A stretch of DNA of 63,313 nt, filler included, from Octopus bimaculoides (Eukaryota), in NCBI RefSeq assembly GCF_001194135.2. It is 5 parts of 4 records of this genome, joined end to end, with 100 filler letters (N's around TTAATTAATTAA, not from the genome) between each part and the next. Parts side by side here need not be neighbours in the genome. Positions count along the whole stretch, not along the records: positions 1 to 27,545 come from NC_068995.1; positions 27,646 to 53,977 come from NC_068984.1; 3 more parts are not named here. One strand, given 5' to 3'. A program made the position numbers and the translations under genes. The notes under the pieces are model-generated. The model saw only the letters and a list, made by a program, of their open reading frames with translations, searched no databases and was not told where the DNA came from. How positions within the stretch are numbered: the stretch's first letter is position 1; every line of letters starts with the position of its first letter. This document shows, one piece after another, positions 24,458-37,100 of this stretch.

Positions 24458-24793
24458 CACAGGTTCTCAAATTGAGCGCTACCGCCTCCCGGTGGGCGTT
24501 GAGAGGGTCTAGGTGGGCGCTGGTTTCTAAGAGGGGAAGTGTGTGTTTGGGTGAGCGGTAAAGAAAAAGGAGGCATTGTGAGGAAGGTAGTGGTCTGGGG
24601 GATGCTATGTATTTATTATATTATTATAGTATTGAATACAAATTATATAATATATTAATATCAAATGGTTCATAGTATATATAAATTAGTAAAATATAAA
24701 ATATTTATTTACACATAAGGATAGCGGTGGGGTGCTGAGGGTATTATGTGGCCATGAGTGGGGACGGTAGCCCAAAAAGTTTGAGAACTTTTG
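24458..24793. mobile_element. hAT (Charlie-like) MITE with perfect 8-bp target-site duplication
   Basis: TSD GTCTAAAC at 24450-24457 and 24794-24801. The TIRs CACAGGTTCTCAAA / rc CAAAAGTTCTCAAA are followed by gctaccg on both arms. Confidence 0.88.
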
Positions 24794-25254
24794 GTCTAAA
24801 CAATAAAGTTGCACGTGTTAAAATTCAATAACAAACAAAAAGAGAAAAGAAAGAAAACTCGGTTTGGCTTTTAAAACCTGACACTAACCTGTTGTCAGCA
24901 GTTGTAATAAGGCTGTGACATTGACTGCGACACAGATGAATGATTGAAATTTTCATAAATCAAGAAGTAAATGAATAGTGAATTTAGCAATCTTTTGGTG
25001 AGCTCTTGTGTTTAGATCGGTTCTTCTCCGATATAATATTTTCAGTTTCTGGCATCAAATTACGTGCCAAGCTAGGTATATGTGTGTGTGTATGTGTGTG
25101 TGTGTGTGTGTGCGTGTGTGTCTACCTGTGTGTGCGCGTGTGTGGGTGTGTCAGTGTAAGCATGTGTGCGTGCATGTGTGTATGTGTATCTGTGAGTGTC
25201 TCTTTGTGTCTGCGTATGCGTGTGTGTGTATGTGCGTATGCGTGTACTGACATG

Positions 25255-25660
25255 AATGAGTGGTGAGAAGCTCCATTTGCACCCACAGTGTTCCAGATGT
25301 GACCATTTCCACTGTCACACTGTCCAATTGTCTTCTATAAATTTAGGTTAACTAATACTTTCTAGTATACGTGCGTGTGTGCGCATGTGCATATGACATT
25401 GTTTATGTGTGTATCTGTGTATTTATGCTTGTGTTCTTGTCAATGTCTGCGTCTGTGTCTCTGAATTTGACACATCACTGCTGGTTTTGGTTAAATACAA
25501 AGCCACCAGACGCCTGCTTTATTTCGAAATGGTAACTTAGCTACTTGATAAATGAAAATCGATAAAAAATGTCTTAGACTGAAATAAGTATTCGGGTCGA
25601 TATCATCGACTTGAAGACTGTGTTCTAGGATGGACGCAGACGACCGAAAGCAGGAAGTAG
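25255..25660 (+). mobile_element. Highly diverged SINE family B copy
   Basis: tRNA-like head remnant (gagtggtgagaagctcc), central CA/GT repeats, then aaataagtattcgggtcgatatcatcgact..gtgttctaggatggacgcag. Confidence 0.45.
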
Positions 25661-25929
25661 AAACCTAAAGTATATATGTGTGTGTATGCGTGTGATTGCG
25701 TATGCGCGAGTTAGTGTATGCATGTGTTAGCGTTTGTGTGAGTGTGTGCATGTGTGTGCGTGTAATCGTGTGTGATTGAGTGTATATATGCACGTATATG
25801 TATATAAGCATGTATATATGAATATACACATAGCCGCAGGCCAATGATGGAAGCAAGTAAAAGAATGAAGAAATTATTGTGTGTACACTTTGTATATAAA
25901 ATGTCTCTCTATCTGCACTCACACAAATG

Positions 25930-25962
<33 letters not shown>

Positions 25963-26400
25963 GTATATATATATATACATGTATATATATATATATATAT
26001 ANNNNNNNNNNNNNNNNNNNNNNNNNNNNNNNNNNNNNNNNNNNNNNNNNNNNNNNNNNNNNNNNNNNNNNNNNNNNNNNNNNNNNNNNNNNNNNNNNNN
26101 NNNNNNNNNNNNNNNNNNNNNNNNNNNNNNNNNNNNNNNNNNNNNNNNNNNNNNNNNNNNNNNNNNNNNNNNNNNNNNNNNNNNNNNNNNNNNNNNNNNN
26201 NNNNNNNNNNNNNNNNNNNNNNNNNNNNNNNNNNNNNNNNNNNNNNNNNNNNNNNNNNNNNNNNNNNNNNNNNNNNNNNNNNNNNNNNNNNNNNNNNNNN
26301 NNNNNNNNNNNNNNNNNNNNNNNNNNNNNNNNNNNNNNNNNNNNNNNNNNNNNNNNNNNNNNNNNNNNNNNNNNNNNNNNNNNNNNNNNNNNNNNNNNNN

Positions 26401-26443
<43 letters not shown>

Positions 26444-26444
<1 letters not shown>

Positions 26445-26596
26445 GACGGGCTCTTTTCAGTTTCTGTCTACCAAATACACTCACAAGACTTTGGTTGGCC
26501 CGAGGCCATAATAGAAGACACTTGCTCAAGTTGCCATGTTGATCCCGGAACCATGTGTTTGGGAAGCAAGCTTCTTACAACACAGCCATGCCTACA
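26444..26596 (-). mobile_element. SINE family B, 5' (tRNA-like) module
   Basis: gacgggctcttttcagtttctgtctaccaaatacactcacaag..gaagacacttgc..gggaagcaagcttcttacaacacagccatgcc. Confidence 0.85.
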
Positions 26597-26599
26597 CCT

Positions 26600-26642
<43 letters not shown>

Positions 26643-27545
26643 TAAATGTAGTGCAATATACTGAATTCAAAGAATCCTCTGGTCTTCACAGAAAGCTCAT
26701 CTTGTAGGCCCGGTTATATACTAATCCAATATGGAGGAGTATAATGTATAGCCCTATGCACCAGAAATCCAGGAGTTCCAATGTATGACATTCTTGCATG
26801 CAGAGTATATAGACCATGAAAAGTTAGCGGGTATGAGAGGTGAACATATCTATCTCACCATACAGTTGTTTTGTAGCCTTTATCGTGTAATGATAATTTC
26901 AGTGTATAATAAATTATTTTATATGCCTGTACCAACATGCATGCTACACACTGAAAATTATGATATTACTTTTACCAATCAAGACAAGTATAGAAGAGTA
27001 ACCCTTCAGATCAGCAGAGCATTATGGTTACCCCAATGCTTTGACAATGCAATGTGGAGCGTGCACGTTGGTGACGGTATGTAAACTAATTCATTATACC
27101 GAATTCTTTTTTTACATGATGAAGGCTGCGAGACAGCCGTAATCTCACAAATATCGAGAGGTTAAATAAATATATTAACCTCTCATATCTCCTGACCTGT
27201 TACGTTCTATATATATATATATATATGCATATATATGTAGACATACTCACACAAACACACACACACATATGCGAGGCAAATCAATTTGACTCGGTGATTA
27301 AATTCGTTTTCGGCAGAATGAAAACCTTATTTGCGACTAAAAACAATCATGTGCAAGAGATCAGGGTTCTCGTCACACCGCAGCATACGAACATGTTACA
27401 AAATTATGAAGTATTATTATTATTTTTTTTTTTTTTACCTCAGTTGACCACTAATTTTCCCTTGAGTGGAGTGCTATTTATATTTACTGTTTAATCAAAT
27501 AAATCTGGTGATATTAAATATCTTCAGCAGAGAATAATCTTTAGT

Positions 27546-27645
27546 NNNNNNNNNNNNNNNNNNNNNNNNNNNNNNNNNNNNNNNNNNNNTTAATTAATTA
27601 ANNNNNNNNNNNNNNNNNNNNNNNNNNNNNNNNNNNNNNNNNNNN
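27546..27645. other. Artificial scaffold linker N44-TTAATTAATTAA-N44
   Basis: Exactly 100 nt, with a core at 27590-27601 that has stops in all six frames. Identical blocks occur at three other positions. Confidence 0.95.
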
Positions 27646-28202
27646 ATCTATATATATGGGTGTGTGTGTGTGTGTGTGTGTATACATACATACATATATA
27701 CACTTAAGACAGACATATCATCTAACACCTCCTGTAAGTATCGAACTACGTATGCATTGCAAAACGCACTGCACGAACTAATTCATCACAATTTTTCTGA
27801 AACACATTAAATTATTTAACAAAGCAGCTACGGTTATATAGTAGAGGTTTACCATCACGGATTTAAATTCGTCGCACACTTTCAAGTTTATTAAAACATA
27901 GGTAGACTTTTACTTGTAAAGAGCGTTTAGTACATTGGTATAACTCCTTCATACAACATCTCAGCGATGTAAATGATTTTTTTTTTTCGGTAACTTATTT
28001 TACATTCTACACGTTCGTCCCTAACTCTATAATCTATATTTATTCATTCCAGATATGAAATGCATATAAATGAATATACTCACATAGCCGTCTTATATAT
28101 ATACATATATATATATATAATATTATATTATATGATATTATATTATATTATACGTTATATAATATATATATATATATACTGCACTTCATTTATTTTAATA
28201 TA

Positions 28203-28245
<43 letters not shown>

Positions 28246-28326
28246 TNNNNNNNNNNNNNNNNNNNNNNNNNNNNNNNNNNNNNNNNNNNNNNNNNNNNNN
28301 NNNNNNNNNNNNNNNNNNNNNNNNNN

Positions 28327-28363
<37 letters not shown>

Positions 28364-31300
28364 ATATGTATGTATATGTATGTATGCATATATACATATA
28401 TATATATGTATATATATATACGTATGTATATGAATGTATGCATATATATGCATATATATGTATCTATATATATAATATATTCACAGAAATGTACGATCGG
28501 TGCAATATTTAAATGAATAAAATGGAACTTATAATATTAAAATCTCGATGAAAGTGCTCGACGAAATAGCATAAAAATATTTTGCATGTAAGGATGTAAG
28601 GATGTAAGGCACAGTTTACTTTAGCATTGCTTACGGAAAATGAAACCTGTATTATATGAGTATGTTCGCACGTACTTAAAAATTGCAATGTTGGATTATA
28701 CACACGTTGATATAAATGTACAGAAATATGTAGACACGACTATTTACGCATTATTACTTAGATATCTAATGCTGGTGTAATCAATGTAGGCATGGAAATA
28801 TATTCACACATCACATTAGTACACAAAGTAAGACACATACTTATACAGAAACATATATGTATGTATACATTTGTGACGAGCTATAAAACACGCTGTACAC
28901 GCCCACACACATATCAAACACACTCACACCCATGCACATCTACACACATACTGCGCGTGCAAGCACACACACTCACACACACATACACACAAGGCTTTTA
29001 ACCCATTTATCTGTCTATCAATCTGTGTAACTATTTTATATCTATTTTTATTCATCCTTTTAGAAGATTTTTTAAAAGTTGAAAAAGATTAAAACATTCT
29101 AAAAGTTTTATAACAGTTATATCTACGAACCTACATGTCATTTATATTCTTGATCTTTAAATTAGAACAATTCTAATTAATTATACTTATTACAGAATAC
29201 TGGATCTCTTTGTACTCTGCTATATGTATTGTATTCTCTATTGTTTCACTTTATCTTACTTTTATTTCATTTCTCCACTTTATTGTCAGTTATCCTGTTT
29301 TATTTAATTCTACATTATTCTATTTTTTATGTGTCCCCTTATCTTCTTTCCTGCCTATAATACTAACTGTGTTACCCTGTTATTTTACTAAGTCTTTATT
29401 TATATCTAAAGTATATTTGATTTAATTATCATGTGTAATTGCTAATTGGAATTTATCTGCAGAATGATATTTTGTAACAACTAAACAAGAAATTTTTATT
29501 CGTGTAACAAATCAAGAAGTTGTGCCTTAAAGTCACATAACTAAATTCCAATAAGCACAGGAGTCGATGTGGTTGACAATACTGGTTCAACTTATCATCC
29601 CAGTAGGGAACCAATCGGATAATTGTTACAGGCGTTACATGCAAAAAAATACGACTTGATGGCATGTACCATACTTTTGCTAATTATTAAAGGTGTTTAT
29701 GTAACATTGTCTACTTACGCACCTTCCATCCGTCAAAACATTTACAGGATGTCTGGAGACAGAGGAAGATTGAGAGACAGTGAGAGTGGAAAAGAAACAG
29801 GAGACATAATGAAAATAATAAAGAGAAGCTTAAATTATTTTTCAAAGGAAGCACTAGGGTATTACATAAGCGATCAGGTATATACATTTACTCAGTCACC
29901 TTTAGAATAAATACGAATGGATTAATAGTTAATTCATTTATACGTTTAGTACTAGCTCAACATCGCATGTTTGTAAATATAAAACAATCCTCCGTGTAGT
30001 TTTCACTAACTATATTTTCTATAATTCTACAGTATTGTGTGTGTGTGTGCGCGTATGTGTGTGTGTGTGTGAGTGAGCTATTCTTTAGATAACCAATTCA
30101 TATACTGCCAATAGAGGGCCGATTCAACGAGTGTGTTCGGGGAAAACGTCAGGCGAACCTCAAGGTCACAGTTCCCTGGCCGCCTATTGTTCCATTGACA
30201 TCATTAAACTTGCTTTATAACTTCATTTTCACAGGTGCTCATACCAACATGCATATAGACATCTTAAATGCAATGAGACATACAAAAGAATATTCAAGAA
30301 GAAGAAACAGCGACAAAGAAGAACCGGAAAAATCTTATAATCCTCCAGGTATTGTTCATCATGAAACAAATATAAGGGGTAGCCTAGATGGTATGGTGCA
30401 TAGAAATACTTAGTAAAATATGTAAAAGAAAATGGTAGGTGGATTAGAAACTCGCTAAATGTTCTGTTCTATTGAGCAAGATAATAAACGAAGCAGCAGC
30501 GGTTATATGAGTGTACTAATCTGTGGAAGAGGACATAATGGGGGAGCTTGTTAGTATGCGAAGGAAGAATTATGGCGGATTTTTTTAAAGTTCAGTTATA
30601 GAGTGTTAGTGTCTGTGTATAATCGATAGGTGAGTGCTGTGAAAGCAATTTTGTGAGAAAGTAAGAAAGAGTGAACGTGAGAAAAGAAATATAATGGCGA
30701 ATCACATATTTATATATATTTATAATGTAATATTACTCATACCTTTTCTTTGTGCCTATCAGGGCTTTAATAAATTTAATAAAGCTCTTTGGGGTGCATT
30801 TTACTTAAGTTTATCACTTAATTCTATATTGATTATGCTACGTTACAGAATGCTAGACACCCTGTTTGCTGGTTAAATATGCCGTGTATATTGGATAATG
30901 GACTGTATCTAATATCATGAATCTATAGACTACTTAAAGCTGTAGCTTGTTGGTTTAATATTGCTGAAGCAAACGTTCTAATGCATTTCCTTATGAATTG
31001 TTCGTGAATGCTGAGAGATTTAGTCATTTAATATATTAGTGTTCATATCATGACTTTGCCATCATTTATATTATGTAAGTGCATGTTACACTAAGAACAC
31101 AATACAACTACCCTAAAGAAACTTTCGAGTGTTTTTACATGGATTTTTCGTTATTTTGATTCTCTTAGTCAAACTGCCAATGTTGAATGCAATAACTCAC
31201 TGCCTCATTGACCAATTTTGATGAATCCCTGTACACATTCATACACCAAATTATTTGCTATAGCTTAATTTGGACTTTAATTGTTTGTTATCAGTAAATC

Positions 31301-31559
31301 GTAAATCTATGAATGTTTCGAGGTAGTAATTTCTGATGTCTGAAATGTGTCATTTGAAAAACGATTGAACAATATATTTCGGTTAGCAATATATAATGTT
31401 ACAGATTTCTGTAAAGTCGTAAACGAATATAATGTTTTCCTTCCTTTTAATGCATCGTTATAAAGTTTCATAGTATTATAGATAGTTTATTTTTTTTATA
31501 AGCTGGAGACTCTGTTGCTGCTTAACCAAATAACCAGCCTGAAGAATCCATAACCAACG

Positions 31560-32300
31560 GCATTAGAGATATGATCACATGCTCTTAGAAGTATGACTGA
31601 GAGGAAATTTTCAAGTATGGCCATTCCGCCCCAAAGTTAACTTATCTATTATTTGTACTTTTTGCACATTCCTTCACTGGATGAACTGGAACTGCCTGCT
31701 TGGAATGCTTTCAATTGGATCTGTGAGAATTTCTTGGGAAACAAGGCAATGGAGTACAAGTATGACATCAAGAATATTCTGAAATGTTAATCAGCAATGG
31801 TCTGTCGCATGTCACTGAAAATTCACTTCTTGCACTCACATCTGGATTTCTTCGTGGATAATCTTGGAGCGGCGTCTGATGAACATGGGGAAATATTTCA
31901 CCAGGACATTAATGCTATGGAGAAACGGTACCAAGGCTTCTGGAATGACAGTATACTGGCTCAATACTGCTGGACCATTTCCCGTGATCAAGCAGGTCAG
32001 AAACACCACAGGAAATCCAAATCACAATGTTTCTATCTCTGTTTTTCTAACTTGCTCTGTCTTATCCGACCCATTTTCTATGTAGAATGATAGCGATGCT
32101 TTTTAACTAAACAAACTCATTTACTTTCTAAAGATCATAAGTCCTTATTTATTATGTTAATGATTTCACATATAGAGATATGTAAATATTTGCCTTTATC
32201 TACTGAACCCCTTTTACGTTCAACATACAAGTGGAGTGAAATTTTGAAATCAGCATGAAAAATTAGTCTGAAAAAATACATTTAATTTGGTTAACAAGTG
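31560..32300 (+). mobile_element. Chapaev3-like (CMC superfamily) DNA transposon, 3' portion
   Basis: ELELPAWNAFNWICENFLGNKAMEYK..*SAMVCRMSLKIHFLHSHLDFFVDNLGAASDEHGEIFHQDINAMEKRYQGFWNDSILAQYCW, containing H(4)H and SDEHGE motifs. It ends ...aacaagtg|TAA (CAC-type TIR, TWA target). The transposase call is firm; the Chapaev3 label is from memory. Confidence 0.7.
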
Positions 32301-32368
32301 TAATATTCGAGGATCTTTAATCGAAATTTATATACATGCATTCACACACACACACATGNNNNNNNNNN

Positions 32369-32752
32369 GTGTTGTTGGCACTCTGTCGCTTACGACGTCG
32401 ATGATTCCAGTTGATCCGATCAACGTAGCAGACTTCTCGTGAAATTAACGTGCAAGTGGCTGAGCACTCCACAGACACGTGTATCCTTAACGTAGTTCTC
32501 GGGGAGATTCAACGTGACACAGTGTGACAAGGCCGACCCTTTGAAATACAGATACAACATAAACAGGAAGAAACAACGAGAGAAAGTTGTGGTGAAACAG
32601 TACAGCAGGGCTCGCCACCATCCCTGCCGGAGCCTCGTGAAGCTTTAGGTGTTTTCGCTCAATAAACACTCACAATGCCTGGTCTGGGAATCGAAACTGC
32701 GATCCTATGACCGCGAGTCCACTGCCCTAACTACTGGGCCATTGCGCCTCCA
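32369..32752 (-). mobile_element. tRNA-derived SINE (family D)
   Basis: Minus-strand head gtggaggcgcaatggcccagtagttagggcagtggactcgcggtcataggatcgcagtttcgattccc (A and B boxes). The body is homologous to 35985-36280. Confidence 0.8.
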
Positions 32753-33349
32753 CTGCGTGTGTGTATAGCTGTATATATATATATATAGTTCACTAAGAAA
32801 AATATACTCTATCCTGTGAAATATAGCTCTTATTTAATGTACACAATATACAATTACGAGCTACAATGCACATGTAGACAGGGCAAAATTTAATAACACG
32901 TTTTGTGTCTCGAATCAATCTCTAAACTTTGAAGATAGCTTGGTGAGAAAATGCGTGTTATTAAGTTTCCTTCTCTACATCTCCAATGCATGAAAATATT
33001 AGTAGCTCGTAACTGTATATTGTGTACGTTTAAATATACATATACATGGATGCTAACATATATGCATGCATCTACATACATGCCTCCACACACACATATA
33101 TGCACATTCATACACACAAATGTATATATATATATATATNNNNNNNNNNNNNNNNNNNNNNNNNNNNNNNNNNNNNNNNNNNNNNNNNNNNNNNNNNNNN
33201 NNNNNNNNNNNNNNNNNNNNNNNNNNNNNNNNNNNNNNNNNNNNNNNNNNNNNNNNNNNNNNNNNNNNNNNNNNNNNNNNNNNNNNNNNNNNNNNNNNNN
33301 NNNNNNNNNNNNNNNNNNNNNNNNNNNNNNNNNNNNNNNNNNNNNNNNN

Positions 33350-33399
<50 letters not shown>

Positions 33400-33910
33400 G
33401 AGAGTTTGTGTGTTACGATTCTTTTCTCATTGCGTTAACCTACTAATTTATGTTTAATACTAACTGTTAATTTCCGACAAATAATAATTTATATTCGTTG
33501 GTGTTTGTGAATACTGCCATTGACGACAGCCTCCTATGTTAATGTAAATGTCATTAACTAATCAGTTTACTTGTTTGATTACGTATGGCGTGTCCATTAG
33601 AATAATTATTTACACAATATTTGTCAAAAAAGGAAACTCCACATATCGATATACATTTTTTAATGTCCTTTGTTATTTCATTTATAGCTAGTGCTTGGCT
33701 AGGCTTTACTTACATTTTTTGTGGCTGTTTTAACTTTGCAATTAGATAAAATAATTCCATGAAATTACAAACCCAACTAGTATTATTTTTCATTATGTCG
33801 GATGTAGTAAAATTATATAAAAACTGGAAATTATAAACATGTGTAGTGATTATAATAGTTGTATTTCCACATAAAAGTACCAGAAATATATAACGAAACA
33901 AATATATCAC

Positions 33911-34782
33911 TATTGGCTCATCCCATAAATAATGCGTTTTTTTTTTTCAATTGCATGAACTAAAAGTCGAGGGGAATGGGATAAACTTCCTGCATCAACA
34001 TGATATAAAAGCAGGTAGTGATCTTACCTTGTCCTTGTTCTTAGTGAGAGTTTTGAAGACTGCAGTTCGATATAACAGTTATATTTTTCAAAGCTATAAT
34101 GGAAGTGACAAAGGAACATATTCGGCATATTTCCCTTTATGTGTTCAATAACGGCAACAAGGCAACGAAAAATTCGAGGAATGTTAACGCATGTTATGGG
34201 TTCGGAAAGTAAGCGTAGACCAGTGTCAACTGTGGTTCTAGAAATTCCGTACCGGAAACTAGAGCCTAGAAAACGAGAACCGTCCTGAATGATCTGTAGA
34301 GCACGACGAGGACGTACTGCATACCCTGGTGAAACAAGCTTCGATTTGGTCATTCAAGCAGTCGTTCAAGACAGCACTTTGGTTTCAAAACGAAACGTTT
34401 TCTCCTATCAGGACAATACTTGGTTACATACAGTGAGGGTGACATCGTAAACGCTGGAGTAGCTTGAATGGGAAACTATGCCCCACCCAACATATTCAAC
34501 AGAAATGCTCATTCAGCTTATCCTTTATTTGGCAGCCTTCAAAATCATTTGGATGGAAAAAATATGAATTCTGTGGATGAGGTCCGAACAGTACTGGAGG
34601 AGTACTTTTCGTCACGGACAAGTGAATTTTGGCAGAGGGGCCTTGCAAGTCTAGCAGACAGATGGTAAAGCATTGTAGAAAATGGAGGAGAGTATGTTAT
34701 AGATTTAAATAGAACTTTATAATAATTTTGAGAAGTAAAATGAATATTAAAAAACCCGAATTATTTATGAGACAGCTCAATA
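33911..34782 (+). mobile_element. Internally deleted mariner element with both TIRs
   Basis: Ends TATTGGCTCATCCCATAAATAATGCG and rc TATTGAGCTGTCTCATAAATAATTCG. It keeps N-terminal (GNKATKNSRNVNA..QLWF*KFRTGN*SLENE) and C-terminal (YPLFGSLQNHLDGK..FWQRGLASLADRW*SIVENGGEY) transposase remnants; the central DDD region is mostly missing. Confidence 0.85.
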
Positions 34783-35149
34783 CTTAATTCATACTATGCC
34801 ATAAGCCAAAATCTGATATGTTCGATGAGCATGTATCATTTAGCTTTGAATCTATTAGGGTTGATGTATANNNNNNNNNNNNNNNNNNNNNNNNNNNNNN
34901 NNNNNNNNNNNNNNNNNNNNNNNNNNNNNTATATATATATATATATATTAATAGATATGTATAGAATATTCCATTGTTTAATTTTTTTAAATTTCAAATA
35001 GCGATGGCTGTTGGCACAAATAACTGCTTATATTTTATTATTTTACAATCAGGCATATATTTACATATAGTGCGGCGGTTCCTTTGCAAAGTTATCGTTC
35101 TGTTTCGTGACCTATGAATTTTCAGTGATTTTATAACAACTTTTCAGTC

Positions 35150-35720
35150 ATCCTGGGGGATTCGAATCAATGTAGCCTATGGTTTTCCCCGTATTTTGTA
35201 TTGCTATCAGCGGAATGCTGGTTGAGAAAGTTGACTTCTTTTTGCCTTTGAAGATATTTTTTGTGCTATTATTGTCTTTCTTTGTAGCATCATCATCGTA
35301 GAAAATTGTCAAAAAATTCATGGGGGACTTATGGTAAAAGACATTTAACGTCAACGACATTTTTGCTGTTGTATTATACATTCTTCCGTTGCATACAGTG
35401 CCACCATCGTGAGGTAACTCTTGATGTAGATGCTAAAAGCGTTCATGAATCAATTTTGTTATATTTTCTTAGATAGTCCTCTGGTTTTGACGATTAGTAA
35501 TATCGCACCAGTCTCTATCATACCAACCGAACAGAAATCCCCGAAAATATTCAACATGTTTATCGATGATCGACGTAGTACCCTATCTTCACTAACTTAT
35601 CTCCGTAGTTTGTCGTCAACACATTGAATCTTAGAAAATATTTCTTCAGAACTTGACTCGTACGGGGAATCAGCTCCCTCAGATATCTGAATACATTCTG
35701 CAATGCAATAACTCCAGTCA
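35150..35720 (-). mobile_element. Possible very degenerate piggyBac N-terminal remnant
   Basis: Acidic SEGADSPYESSSEE stretch followed by SPHEFFDNF / YDDD motifs in shifting frames. Confidence 0.25.
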
Positions 35721-35984
35721 ATTCAAAGTATCCAAGAGTCTCTCAACTTTCCACTGGATGTAATGTGAAATAAACTGAAAAGTATACCATGGTCTCGCCT
35801 AGAATGAAGTTGATTTGAGGCTATTCCTCACGAACAATCGAAATACAGCAACCAATGATTAATAATGACTCTTAAGGTATTAAATTACATTTCCATCGAA
35901 ATCCTATACGTACATTTTTTATATGCAATTTAATATCTATTTCATTTACATTCGAAGAGATATTTGCTTCTAACTGTTAGACAG

Positions 35985-36280
35985 TCTGTTGCGACGACAA
36001 ATGTTCCAGTTAATCAGATCAACAGAACAGCCTGCTCGTGACATTAACGAGAACCCAATAGGCAAGCGTACCCTTAAAGTAGTTCTCAGGAAGATTCACC
36101 GTGATACAGAATGTGACAAGGTTAGCACCTTCAAATACAGATACTACTCGTTTTTTCCAGCTGGGTGAACTGGAGCAATGTGAAATAAACTGTTTGCTCA
36201 AGGAAAAGTTGTTACCGGGAATCGAACTCCCGACCATACGATCGTGAGCCGAATACTTATAACTAGTAAGCCAAGTCCCC
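35985..36280 (-). mobile_element. tRNA-derived SINE related to family D
   Basis: Shares ccagtt.atc.gatcaac..agcc.gctcgtga..cccttaa.gtagttctc.gg.agattca.cgtga with 32369-32752. B-box gggagttcgattccc on the minus strand. Confidence 0.7.
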
Positions 36281-37063
36281 ATTTGGTTCGGAAATAAACA
36301 ACAAAATATAATATCTCAAGCAAATATTTTAAAATTCTTACATAGCTTAGCCTTTCTAACTAGGTATTCGATAACGTGTGAAGTGATGCCAATTGATCGG
36401 TCTGACACTCTCCACCCCTCTCTCTCTCTCTTTCTCTCATACGCACACAACACGCACAAATACACAAACACATACACACACGCACACGTACACTCATAAT
36501 ATTTTGCTTTATCTTTGCTACGCGGTGCGGAAACCTGTTTTTTTTTTAAATTTCAAATGTGGGCAATTTGGGGGCTAAGTAAATGGGCTAGCATCGAAGC
36601 ATATATTCGACACGTTGACAAGACACCTATGTATATAATGAAAGAGAGACAGGGGGAGAAAATAAGAAAGAGGGAGAAAAAAAGAAAGAAAGAAAGAGAA
36701 AGAGACACAGACAGAAGTAAAGTGAAGCAGGGAGACAGAGAAAGAGAGAGAGAGACACACGTCGGCGAGAATGCATCGTGTTATTTCCTGTGACATTCGG
36801 TGCTCAGAGTTTATATTACAAATTATGAATCATTGACTTTGATCATTAGTGTGGGGTACATACACACACATACACACACACACACACACATAAACACAGA
36901 GGTACACGCACACAGACATAAACACACACACATATATGTATACATTGATATATAGGCATATGTATCGATATGTACGGTCATATATCTTCATAGATATATA
37001 CACAGACCGCTTATATAATCATATACAAAACAATATATATATATATATATATACACACACAAA

Positions 37064-37100
<37 letters not shown>

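Noticed and set aside
26750-27085. Two exon-like segments (PYAPEIQEF…; YGYPNALTMQCGACT, faintly cystine-knot-like)
   Set aside because: The phases are incompatible when joined, a key Cys is missing, and no family was recognised.
29200-29430. KxxGNTVSII motif suggesting a Penelope RT start (minus strand)
   Set aside because: Too degenerate to support a feature.
29748-30348. Two AG…GT-bounded open segments (29748-29877 and 30235-30348)
   Set aside because: Splicing them gives an immediate stop, and the peptides are unrecognisable. Such signals occur by chance.
16330-36270. tRNA-like A/B-box sequences as real tRNA genes
   Set aside because: They lack complete cloverleafs and continue into shared SINE bodies, so they are SINE heads.
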